DNA from: Eledone cirrhosa
Taxonomy: Eukaryota
NCBI GenBank assembly: GCA_964016885.1
Contig: OZ024740.1
Coordinates: forward strand, 263,128,001 to 263,192,000
Direction: 5' to 3'
Length of the DNA: 64,000 nt
Below, piece by piece: positions 41,846-53,700 of the stretch. Position numbers and translations under genes: made by a program. The notes under the pieces are model-generated. The model was not told the DNA's origin. It searched no databases and worked only from the letters and a program-made list of their open reading frames with translations. Position 1 is the stretch's first letter. The number at the start of each line of letters is the position of its first letter.

Positions 41846-42723
41846 AATAAATAAATAAAACATAAAAAATAAACATAAGTTTCATGGTTATTTTTTTTTT
41901 CCTTTTTGTTTTTCAAGGCCACTAACATCGGTTACAACTGTTTTTGTTGCTGCTGCTGCTGTTTTTGACTTTAGCTACGCTAAGCTCGTAGTCATAGCAA
42001 CGTGGGAGGTAGGGGTGTTGCATTTAAAACCTTTGAAATTTGTTTTTCTTTTGATGTTGCGTTTGTTTTGTTTGTGTTCTGTTCTGTAATTTTTCGACTT
42101 GTTGCTTATCATTATTATTATTATTATTTGACCAATTATTATTATTTGACATCGTTTAAACTAAACATTTTGACAATAATTATTATGGTGTTGTTGTTGG
42201 CTATGTTTGACCGGGTCACTAAATTAGTCTGTTTATATCTGTTGGTAACTTCCTAGTTTCTAGCCATGTGTAGTGGCACTACTACCTTCCCTCTCTTAAC
42301 AGGAGGTAGTGAGGGAATAGTGGTGGTATGGAGGATGGAGTTGTGACTCTGGTGATGGGGTAGTAGTACTGTGCTGATGGTGTTGTGGCTGCTGTTGGTT
42401 TGTCTCTAGCTAAACTTTGTGGTAGTGGTGGTGGTGGTGGTGTTGGGGGTGAAATTATTTGGCTGTTGTTTTCTTCCATTTGTGACAATTTGTAACCATT
42501 TTCTTTTTTGACTATAACATTTCTGATACAAAATTAAATATGTCAGCCATATGCCAGAGTGTTATGTGTTGTCACTTATGTCCCCTTTGTAATAAGAATT
42601 ATTCTATCACAATTTTTTTAAATATTTAAAAAATCAAAAGCTTACGGAGGCGATTACATAACACTCTATCCATCATGTACGTATACTTCCCTTATTATTA
42701 TTATTATCATTATTATTATTATT

Positions 42724-45700
42724 GGCGACCTACGTAGGTAATCGTATTATCGTGAGCTCCGCAAAGGTTTGTTGTTTTCAGTTGTTTCAAATTGCCAATT
42801 ATGGAAAGTGTTAGTTGTTAAGTATGTATAAGTTCACATATATTGCTTTCTGAAAAGGACACTCAATAATATCGGGGCCTTGAGCCCAAAATTTAAAGTT
42901 TTATTTATCAAACAGAATATTTCTTTGAAAAAAAACATGGACAACAAATCTCCTGTTTCTAGCAGACTGGCATCCTCCAACACCACACACATTGTGAGTC
43001 TTGCCACGGTTGCCAACACTGAAAATGTAATTATTTGAATTTGCCGCATTTCCCGCCATTACCAATATGTAATTATTTGAATTTGCGGATTTCCCGCCAT
43101 TACCAATAGCTGTACGTGGTAAAGCCGCCACCCCCACCACCACAATGTTAAAAAGAACAACCAACACCACTGATACTACTATCATCACCACCACCACAAC
43201 CACCACAGCGACAACAGAAACAAAAAATAACAATAACAACAACAGCAACAACAACAACATTAATAATAACAACAACAACATCAACACCAGCGCAAAACCA
43301 AATGGGTCGCTCGCCAAAGCAGCAAGGAAAATCGAAACAATCGAGGTAAGCCAGGATGAATTGAATAAAGCCAAGCAAATGGTAAAAAAAGATGGGTACA
43401 GGGTCAGCCTCACCCCCACCCCACCCCACTCCCATCAAATAAAATGGTGCATCGGCGCCTATGCACCATGTCATATCGGACGATAAACACAAAATCACGC
43501 CGAGTCGGAGCGGCATCCGTGTCCCAGATACAAAAAGCTTTGGGACATGTGTGGGCGAAAAGATCCTACATCAGACGTGGGCAGAACTAAGGAACCGTGG
43601 ACGTGTTCTTTGGAACCCCACAGGAAGCCAGAGAGCACTCCATTAAGAAGTGACGAGTTTACACTCGTCCCAAGCTATTGTGGTCAGAGACTCGTGAAGA
43701 TCAGGGTGACCCAGGTTCCGCCGGCTATCTAAATTCCCTGGCTAATGGCTGCCGTCCTCGCCGACATCGAGGCCAACACTAAAATAATTGAAGTAACAAA
43801 GTAAAGCAGGAACACTCGTCCGGATCTGGGATGGAGCTCCTGATTCAAGCGGACCAAAGAAACATTGAGGAAATTCCAAAGGTGATAGACCTCAATGACG
43901 CCAGCCACCTCACCGTAATCATCGAGGGTAGAAGGCCTAGGTGTGTCGTTTGTGGTGAAGGAACCCACCTAAAGGCTTTCTGCCCTCAGGCTAAAAAGTT
44001 GAGGCCAACTCTCTTACCCACCACAATGACTCAGCAATCAAAACAAGCAGCAGAAATAGCAGCAACAACCCCAGTACTAGCAGCAACGGTAGCAAAACCA
44101 AAAGCACCACCACCCACCGCCCCAGAATTGGCACCATCGCCTCCACCATCCACCACGCAAACAACCAAAACCAACGCCTGTGGAGGATTTTTCCACTCCC
44201 CAACCTATCGCAACTGGAGACAGATTGTGATGACGAAGACTGGGAAACTGTATCAGGAAAAAAAGAAAAAAAGAAAGAACGCCAAAAATAAAAAAAAATC
44301 CGCTTCCTTCCCCTTTCAAAAACAAAATAGAGGGGGAAACAAATAAACTAACATACAAAAAAGTTAGGACAGATATGCCACCACAAACACCAACACCATC
44401 ACATCATTAACCCCAACACCATCATCACGAACACCACACAAGTCACCAAAAAAGCGAAACAAAGACAAACCCACAACAAACGCAAACAAAACAAAACGAC
44501 AAAAACGATACACACTACACAGCATTAAATTTGAACGACAAACAATTATTACACTACATCCAACACAACACCAGCATCAAAGAAAAGGAGTACACAACTC
44601 CCCAAAAATTCACACCCACTCCACACATAAAAATCACACGCATCACACAGAAAACGTACAAGACACTGAAACAAAAATCCCCCAAAGACATCGGAGACTT
44701 CCGACAAACACTCTCCAGGAGGATTTTTAAGGACATCCTTCCGGAGAAGGCCACAAGCAGTGAGAAGGATGGAAAAACCATCCTCTCACTACGAAAAGTG
44801 AGGTAAGTTGTCTTTCCCATCTTTTTCCACACCTTTTCAACATGACCTCACTCAGAAATGGCAGCATAAATGCGCGTGGCTTGGGGTCGTCATGGAAGCA
44901 GGGCCACCTGCTCAACGAACTCAGGACACTAAACATAGATGTGGTGGCCATCAGCCGGACCAGAATCTCCGAAGAATGGGCCTTCGCACCGATCTTCGGT
45001 GGCTATGATGTGTGCGCATCTCCCAGCCGTCCTGGATCGGGGGTGGAGTTGCTGTACTCTTTCGGAGTGGTTTCACTCGCCATACGAGCCATCTTCCTGG
45101 ACCCAGAAGGTAAGATGGTGGTGCTGGACGTAACCAGCGGAGACGGGCATGCTTTCAGGCTCGTGGCCATCTATGCCCCGACAGGAGCAGGGCGGCCTGA
45201 TTTCTTCCGGCGTCTGGAGACCTTTCTTGGAACGTCTCGCACTTTAGTGTTAGTGGGCAACCTGAACGGGTTATTAGATGCCGCTGGGACTGAGGAGGAG
45301 GAGGGCGCAAGAGCTTCACCCACCTGCTCAGGCGTTTTGAACTGTCTGACAAGTACCGATTGGATTTCCCGAATGCGCCAATGTGGACTTGGACAAACCG
45401 TATCGGGTCATCCAGATCATATCTACATAGAGCATTTTGTAGAGAAATAGATAGGTCTAGCATAGGCTGTCCACAATTCAAGATAGTCAGCTACACGGAC
45501 CACAAATTCGATATCTGTGTGGTTGCCTTAGATAGGCTTCATAGACAAGGACCCGGCTACTGGAAGCTAAACGAGTCATTAACAGCGCGCAGGATTAGCG
45601 AACTAGTTAAGCGGGCGTTGACGGGGGCCATCGTCAATAAGTGGCGGTTTGCTCTGAACAGAGCGATTAGAATAGAGTCCATTAGGTTTAGTAAGTCTTT

Positions 45701-48426
45701 AGCAATAGAAAAAATTAGAGCAGAGGGGGAACTAGTTAGAAAAAAATAGACGAGGCGCTTATCAAAGGCATCGCGACCGACGAACCTGCGGCGAAATTGG
45801 CCCTTGACCAATTCTTCAATCAAAGCACAAAGGATGCGTTGTCAGAGCTAGGGTGCGTGCTCTCAGACAGGAGGGGTCGAAAGCCGTTCAATGGGCCCGA
45901 GTGGCGGAGGCGCGTCGTGGCAACAAAGCCACGATCCGGTGTTTGGTGGACCATGACGGGCGCATGCTACTCGATCCAGGGCAAATGTGTGAAGCTTTTC
46001 AGCGACACTTCTCTCAGCTGTTCGAGGGGACCAGCGGGGCGGATCGAGGGATGGACATTAGTGTCTCCCTCGATGGACTGCCACGGCTCTCGGACACTGA
46101 GGCGGAGTCTTGTGAAAAGCCGATAACAGCAGCTGAAATACGGAAGGCAATGACTGACTGCACAAGTGGTAAATCGCCTGGTTTGAATGGTCTGCCCTAT
46201 AAACTTTACGTACAGATGCCAGACTTGTTCGGAGGCCTATTGGCGGACGTCTACTGCAACTGGCAACAGAATAGGAGAATTCCCAGCTCTGTGAGCCAAG
46301 GAGCGCCAGCGCTGCTGAGAAAAGGTCCGAACGAGGGGGATAACATAGATAATTTCAGGCCCACAACTCTGCTAAACACAGAGTTCAATATTTTGGCCAA
46401 GGTGCTAGCAAAGAGTTTGGCGCTTGTCGTTGGTGGTCTGGTGGGAGAGGCGCAGACATGCGCCATTCCAGACAGATCCATCCACGACAACCTCCACCTC
46501 ATTCGATACATCGTGGAGAGGGTAGCTAGGGAACCTGGCACCGGTGGGTCCTTGATCAATTTAGATCAGTCGAAAGCTTTCGATAGGGTCGACCATCTTT
46601 GTCTGGCCGCAGTCCTGATGGCGGCTGGCTTTGGGCTCGTCTTCAGAGGCTGGATCGCTGCCATGCCCAGCGACATCTGCTCTGTGGTGGGAGTGAACGG
46701 TCACCTTTCGGAACCGTTCAACATCATGCGCTCGGTACGCCAAGGATGTCACCTCTCGTCCCTCCTGTACGTATTGACTCTCGAGCCATTACTGCACAAA
46801 CTGGAGACGTTGAGGGGGATCCCGCGCGAACTAGGATACGGAAGATCCGTGTCAGAATATGCGGACGATGTCACCATAGTGGTGTCGAACGCCAAACACT
46901 TCGCGGCGATCGGCACTACACTAAGAGAATACGAAGCGGTGACAGGAGCAATGATCAACCAGCAAAGTTGGTGGGCCTGCTGCTCGGCACATGGAGAGGA
47001 AGGTCCATGTCGTTCAATAGCGTCGTTGGGCGCTGGACGGACGGACCGGTTAAATTGCTAGGGGTCTGGTTCGGTCCGGACCTCCAGATGGACAAAAACT
47101 GGGACGTGATAACGAGCAGGGTGGCTTCTCTCACTCAGAAATGGACGGAGAGGAAGCTATCCCTGAAAGGTCGAGCGGGGGTGGCTAACGCGTACATCGT
47201 GTCCGCCATCTATTACCGCCTGACCGTCGTGCCTTGACCTAAGCCTCGCCTGACTGCGCTGGAGAGTTTGCTCTTTCGCTTTTAGTGGAACGGACGCGCT
47301 CCGATGGTCAGGCATTCCATCTGCTGTCAACACCTGCTACGTGGAGGGCTGGCCATGCAGTGGCTGATGATGCGCAGACACGCGCTCGCTACGACATCTC
47401 CACCTATTCCTCGACGTTGATCAGGTGTGGCTGCCGTTTGCTAGACGCGTCTTTCCTCAGCTAGTCTCCATGACGGAGCTGCAGTCCTGGGTCAAGCGAA
47501 GACCGAGAGGGAGCGCTTGGAGACTGGAATGTGTTCAGGCGCTCACAGCCCTCGACCAATCGGGCAATGTGAACGGTGGAAAGACCACCTTGGCGTTCTA
47601 TAGAGGATTAGTGGAGGGGAAGAGCGACGACGTACTTGGAGAATATTTAGGCGTTGACGCAAATCAACTAGCCAATCTCTTCGGAAGAACTTTCGGGCCG
47701 GGGCCTATGGACAACTTCCAGAAATCCCTGGCGTGGCAGTGCTACCGAGGAGCTTTGCCAGTTCGGGATAAACTCTACAGGCATGGAGGTGCCGTCAGCC
47801 GGGCATGTCCGAGATGCGCGCAGGGCGATGAAACCGTCCTGCACGCACTCGTCCAGTGTCTGAACATTGCTGACTTGTGGGTATATATCGAACACCTGCT
47901 GTCGCGTGTAGGACGGACCCATCTATCAGCTGAGTCCATCGTGAGGATTTCCCCACCCTCTTCCTTTAGCCGGGAAGGACAGGCAATTTTTATCTGTCTG
48001 GTGATGCCCTGATTAACCTTTTCAAATTTCATTTAAAAAGTAAAATCAGGGTAGAGAGGGAAGTGCTCTCTTCCCAGCATTTTGTTGAAAGATGGGTGAG
48101 AGAGGCAAGAATGGCCTGTGTGAATGGGCCTACTCTCAGTATGTGCCTGTAAATTGAAGGTGGAAAACTGGGAGAGGGCACTTGCCCTGGTGGTCAGGGT
48201 AACCGTGTCTTTTTAATGGGCTTTCTCCACGAATGTCCCTCGGAAGTGTCCCCCCTATTGGGTAATTTTTCATTGTTTATTTTTTTATGTCACATCCCCT
48301 GTTTTTTGTTTTTTTACACGCATAAATGCCCAGTTGTATAGTCCTGTATTGTCCTGTACTGTCCTTAATGTCTACTTTGTGTAAACCCTTGTGGTTAATA
48401 AAGAAAGCATTATTATTATTATTATT
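42724..48426 (+). mobile_element. Decayed L1/Tx1-like LINE (copy 1), full length
   Basis: ORF1 relics with CVVCGEGTHLKAFC; ORF2 relics (44842-48150) highly similar to 50773-54192; AATAAA plus (TTA)n tail; preceded by (ATT)n. Confidence 0.9.
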
Positions 48427-48640
48427 GAATGCCATGGTTGACGGAGGCTCGGCTCTGTAAGGTATAGTAATTTTTAACCGTTAAAACAATTGTAAATTGT
48501 TTAAAACTTGAACCAAATTGTTGATAAAGACACCCTCCTCCTCGTGAGAGGGGTCTTTCTGTCCGTTATTTGGCCCTTCGGGGCTAAATAACCAGTTATT
48601 GGGGTTTTGAACCCAATATTCATTTTAAACAAAAAACAAC

Positions 48641-50737
48641 ATGGCTACGAAAAAGAAATTTCATACGTCACTCCCACTCATTCCGTCTTCTTCTTCCTCA
48701 ATCATCACTACAGCAGAGAGAAGATTGTCTCTCTCCCTCCCTTCTTTAAATGTGTCTCTCTCCCTCCCTTCTCTTTCGCAAGTGACGAAAGAAAAGAAAA
48801 GTCTCGTGCAAAGCGTGCAAAGTTTTTCCACGACGACGACGACAGCGACGAAACAGGTGTGCGGGAAATACGAAAACCCAGTTCATTCGTCTGACGTCAG
48901 GAATAATAGCAGTAGCAGCCGTAATAACAACAGCAACAGTGACAATGAAAACAACAGTAGCAGCCGCAACAGCATCACCAGCAGCATAAAGAACAACAGC
49001 ATTAGCAGCAGCAACACCAACAACAACCACAGCAACAGCGGCGGAGGCAGTAGTCGTAGTACCTGCAGCAACAACAAAAGTACCAGCAGCTCTGACGACA
49101 ACAACAACAGCAGAGACAAACCAATCTCATTTGCAGGTATTGCGAAAAACTTGGAAACAATCCTCATAACAAATGAGGAATTAGAGGAAGCGAAGAAGAT
49201 GGTGACAAAGAACGGACACCGAGCAATCTGCAAGGCAGCGAAAAATTTTTTCGAAACCCAAGAGCACTGTACGGTCACGTACCGTACAGTAAGTACAAAA
49301 TCCCGTAGGGTGGAAAGAGCCACAGAGGCCCAAATACAAAAAGCCTTGGGGTCTGTGTGGCAGAGGAAAACGCACATCACCCGAGGCAAAAAATACGCCA
49401 CCGTAGACGTACTTTTTGCCACACCCCAGGAGGCAAAGGCCCAATCAGTAGTGACCCTAAGGAGCGAGGAAATGGTGTTGGTGCCCTCCTACTGCGGGCA
49501 AAAAATTGTGAGGGTCAAACTGACCCACGTCCCCCCCGGAATGACCCCTTCTTGGCTGGCCGCGTCTGTCCTCGTCGGAATCGAGGACAAAACAACTGTA
49601 CTGCAAGTACAGAAAAAAGTAAGAGAAGATTGGGTCGGCTCCTCCATTGAGATGCTAATCCAAACCAACCAGGAGTGCATCGAAGCTATCCCGGATGTGA
49701 TAGACTTCGATAACGGCACTCAACTGCCCATAAGTGTTGAGGGCAAACGCCCGAAATGCTTTCGCTGTGGATCGAAGACTCACCTCAGGGCCTTCTGCAA
49801 CGAGAAGACCCTGAGAAAGGAGAAAACCCCCCTCCTTCCGAATCCGGCTCCACGGCTACCAGCAACAGGACAAGCGGCAACCAGGAACGATAGGTCCGTG
49901 GCACCCATACCCACTCCACGGAAATCAAAGACAGCAGCAGCAGTGGAAATATTAACAACAACAACAGCAATACCAAATGCAGCTGCAACAGAGACTCCAG
50001 TGCAAACATCACCAACAACAACAAGTGAAAGAGTGGAGCTGGTACCCCTCCCCGACCTTACAGAATCAGACATGGAGTGTGAGGTGGGAGAGGGATGGCA
50101 AAAGGTCGCAAGAAGGCACAAACGCAGAAGCAGCGCATCGTCGCCTTTGAAAAGGGAGGAAAGAAATGAGAAAAGGGTAAAGTCTACTGCAAAGAGACCC
50201 ACAGCAGCAACACCACCAACACCATCACCACCCACACCAGCACCACCATCACCACCGGCGACAACCCCACCGCCAACAACACCTTCAACACCACCACCAC
50301 AAGCACCAACATCGCAAACACAACAACAAAACACACACACCCAGCAACAACGACAAGAAAATAGCAGAACCACACCCCACCCCCAGAAAAACAAATGCAC
50401 GGCAATAAACACACACAACAAGAAACTAATGACTTACATAATTGAACACACAGACATTTCACAACAGGACTACATAATACCAGCACCAATCAAAACGCCA
50501 ACTAACATAAGACTGCTAAAAATAGCACAGAAACAATACACAAACATTAAAACGAAATTCCCCAACGCAGTTGGTGATTTCAGGGACCTAGGAGGAACCA
50601 TCAATCGAAGAGTATATTCAGACATTCTCTTAGAAGAGCCGACGACCAGCCGAAGGGACGATTCAACGGTCCCTTCACCAGACGATCAAGTGAAAAGGGA
50701 TGTAAAAACCATCCCTCCTCTACCAAAAGTACGGTAA
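48641..50737 (+). CDS. LINE ORF1 (698 aa), gag-like nucleic-acid binding protein with CCHC knuckle
   Basis: CFRCGSKTHLRAFC, S/N-rich N-terminus, GWQKVARRHKRR, P/T-rich region; directly upstream of ORF2. Confidence 0.85.
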   Translation: MATKKKFHTSLPLIPSSSSSIITTAERRLSLSLPSLNVSLSLPSLSQVTKEKKSLVQSVQSFSTTTTTATKQVCGKYENPVHSSDVRNNSSSSRNNNSNSDNENNSSSRNSITSSIKNNSISSSNTNNNHSNSGGGSSRSTCSNNKSTSSSDDNNNSRDKPISFAGIAKNLETILITNEELEEAKKMVTKNGHRAICKAAKNFFETQEHCTVTYRTVSTKSRRVERATEAQIQKALGSVWQRKTHITRGKKYATVDVLFATPQEAKAQSVVTLRSEEMVLVPSYCGQKIVRVKLTHVPPGMTPSWLAASVLVGIEDKTTVLQVQKKVREDWVGSSIEMLIQTNQECIEAIPDVIDFDNGTQLPISVEGKRPKCFRCGSKTHLRAFCNEKTLRKEKTPLLPNPAPRLPATGQAATRNDRSVAPIPTPRKSKTAAAVEILTTTTAIPNAAATETPVQTSPTTTSERVELVPLPDLTESDMECEVGEGWQKVARRHKRRSSASSPLKREERNEKRVKSTAKRPTAATPPTPSPPTPAPPSPPATTPPPTTPSTPPPQAPTSQTQQQNTHTQQQRQENSRTTPHPQKNKCTAINTHNKKLMTYIIEHTDISQQDYIIPAPIKTPTNIRLLKIAQKQYTNIKTKFPNAVGDFRDLGGTINRRVYSDILLEEPTTSRRDDSTVPSPDDQVKRDVKTIPPLPKVR

Positions 50738-50772
50738 GTGGTCTTTCCCATCTTTTCCACTCTATTTTAAAC

Positions 50773-53700
50773 ATGACCTCACTCAGAATAGGCAGCATAA
50801 ATGCGCGTGGCTTGGGGTCGTCATGGAAGCAGGGTCACCTGCTCAACGACCTCAGGTCACTAAACATAGATGTAGTGGCCATCAGCGAGACCAGAATCTC
50901 CGAAGCACGGGCCTTCGCACCGATCTTCGGCGGTTACGATGTGTACGCATCTCCCAGCCGTCCTGGATCGGGTGGAGGAGTTGCTGTGCTTTTTCGGAGA
51001 GGTTTGGATCTCGCCATACGGGCCATCTTCCTGGACCCAGAGGGTAAGCTGGTGGTGCTGGACGTGACCAGCGGAGACGGGCAAGCTTTCAGGCTAGTGG
51101 CCGTCTATGCCCCGACAGGAGCAGGGCGGCCTGATTTCTTCCGGCGTCTGGAGACCTTTCTTGGAACGTCCCGCTCTTTAGTGTTAGTGGGCGACTGGAA
51201 CGGGATCTTAGATGCACGCTGGGACTGTGTGGGATTAGCGGATAGGGGTGGAGGGTGCAAGAGCCTCACCAACCTGCTCAGGCGTTTTGAACTGTCTGAC
51301 AGGTACCGATTGGATTTCCCGAATGTGCCAATGTGGACTTGGACAAACCGCATAGGGTCATCCAGATCATATCTAGATAGAGTATTTTGTAGGGAAATAG
51401 ATAGGTCTAGCATAGGCTGTCCACAATTCAAGATAGTCAGCTACACGGACCACAAATTCGTGACCTGTGTGCTTGACTTAGATAGGCTTCATAGACAAGG
51501 ACCCGGCTACTGGAAGCTAAACGCGTCCTTACCAGCGCGCAAGGCCTACAGAGACCGGATTAGCGAACTAGTTAAGCGGGCGTTGACGGGGGCCATCGTC
51601 AACAACAAGTGGTGGTTTGCTCTGAAAAGAGCGATTAGAATAGAATCGATTAGGTTTAGTAAGGCTTTAGCAATAGAGAAAAATAGAGCAGAGGGAGAAC
51701 TAGTTAGAAAATTAGACGAGGCGCTTAGCAAAGGCATTGCGACCGACGTGCTTGCGGCGAAATTGGCCCTTGACCAATTCTTCAATGCAAAGCACGAAGG
51801 CTGCGTTGTCAGAGCTAGGGTGCGTGCTCTCAGACACGAGGGGACGAAAGCCGTTCAATGGGCCCGAGTGGCGGAGGCGCGTCGTGGCAACAAAGCCACG
51901 ATCCGGTCTTTGGTGGACCACGACGGGCGCATGCTACTCGATCCCGGGCAAATGTGTGAAGCTTTTCAGCGACACTTCGCTCAGCTGTTCGGGGGCAGCG
52001 GGGGGCCGGGTAGAGGGATGGACTTTAGTGTCTACCTCGACGGACTGCCGCGGCTCTCGGCCACTGAGGCGAAGTGTTGCGAAAAGCCGATAACAGCCGC
52101 TGAAGTAAAGGAGGCAATGACTGGCTGCACAAGGGGTAAATCGCCTGGTTTGGATGGTCTGCCCTATGAACTTTACGTACAGATGCCAGACTTGTTCGGA
52201 GGCCTCTTAGCGGACGTCTACTGCAACTGGCAACAGAACGGGAGAATTCCCAGTTCTGTGAGCCGAGGAGCGGTGGCACTGCTGAGAAAGGATCCGAACA
52301 AGGGGGATAACATAGACAATTTCCGGCCCATAACTCTGCTAAACACAGAGTTTAAGATTTTGGCCAAGGTGCTAGCAAAGAGGTTGGCGCTTGTCGTTGG
52401 TGGTCTGGTGGGAGAGGCGCAGACATGCGCCATTCCCGACAGATCCATCCACGACAACCTCCACCTCATGCGATACATCGTAGAGAGGGTAGCTAGGGAA
52501 CCTGGCACGGGTGTGTCCTTGATCAATTTAGATCAGTCGAAAGCTTTCGATAGGGTCGACCATCGTTACCTAGCGGCAGTCCTGAGGGCGGCTGGCTTTG
52601 GGCCCGTCTTCAGAGGCTGGATCGCTGCCATGCACAGCGACATCTGCTCTGTGGTGAGAGTGAACGGTCACCTGTCGGAACCGTTCAACATCATGCGCTC
52701 GGTCCGCCAAGGATGTCCCCTCTCGTCCCTCTTGTACGTATTGACTCTCGAGCCATTACTGCACAAACTGGAGACGTTGAGGGGAGTCCCGCGCGAACTA
52801 GGATGCGGAAGATCCGTGTCAGCATATGCGGACGATGTCACCGTAGTGGTGTCGAACGCCAAACACATCGAGGCGATCGGCACTACACTAAGAGAATACG
52901 AAGCGGTGACAGGAGCAATGATCAACCAGGAAAAGTCAGTGGGCCTGCAGCTCGGCACCTGGAGAGGCAGGTCCATGCCGTCCAACAGCGTCGTCGGGCG
53001 CTGGACGGACGGACCGGTTAAATTGCTAGGGGTCTGGTTCGGTCCGGACCTCCAGACGGACAAAAACTGGGACGAGGTGACGAGCAGGGTGGCTTCTCTC
53101 ACCCAGAAATGGGCGGAGAGGAAGCTATCCCTGAAAGGTCGAGCGGAGGTGGCTAACGCGTACATCGCGTCTGTCATCTGCTACCGCCTAACCGTCGTAC
53201 CTTGTCCTAAGCCTCGCCTGACTGCGCTGGAGCGTTTGCTCTTTCGCTTTTTGTGGAAGGGACGTGCTCCGATGGTCAGGCGGTCCATCTGTTGTCAACA
53301 CCCGCTACGTGGAGGGCTGGGCATGCCGTGGCTGATGATGCGCAGGCACGCGCTCAGGCTACGACATCTCCACCTCTTCCTCGACGGTGATCAGGTGTGG
53401 TCGCCGTTTGCTAGACGCGTTTTTCCCCAGCTCGTTTCCTTGACGGAGCTGCAGTCCTGGGTCAAGCGAAGACCGAGAGGGAGCGCCTGGAGACTGGAAT
53501 GTCTTCAGGCGCTCACAGCCCTCGACCAATCGGGCAATGTGATCGGTGGAAACTCCACCTCGGCGTTCTATAGAGGATTAGTGGAGGGGAAGAGCGACGA
53601 CGTACTTGGGGAAACTCTAGGCGTCGACGAAAATCAACTAGCCAATCTCTTCGGAAGAACTTTCGGGCCAGGGCCTATGGACAACTTCCAGAAATCTCTG

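Noticed and set aside
49780-53177. Long antisense ORFs over the LINE (e.g. 49780-50421, 52668-53177)
   Set aside because: Shadow frames of GC-richer or low-complexity coding sequence, with no recognisable motifs.
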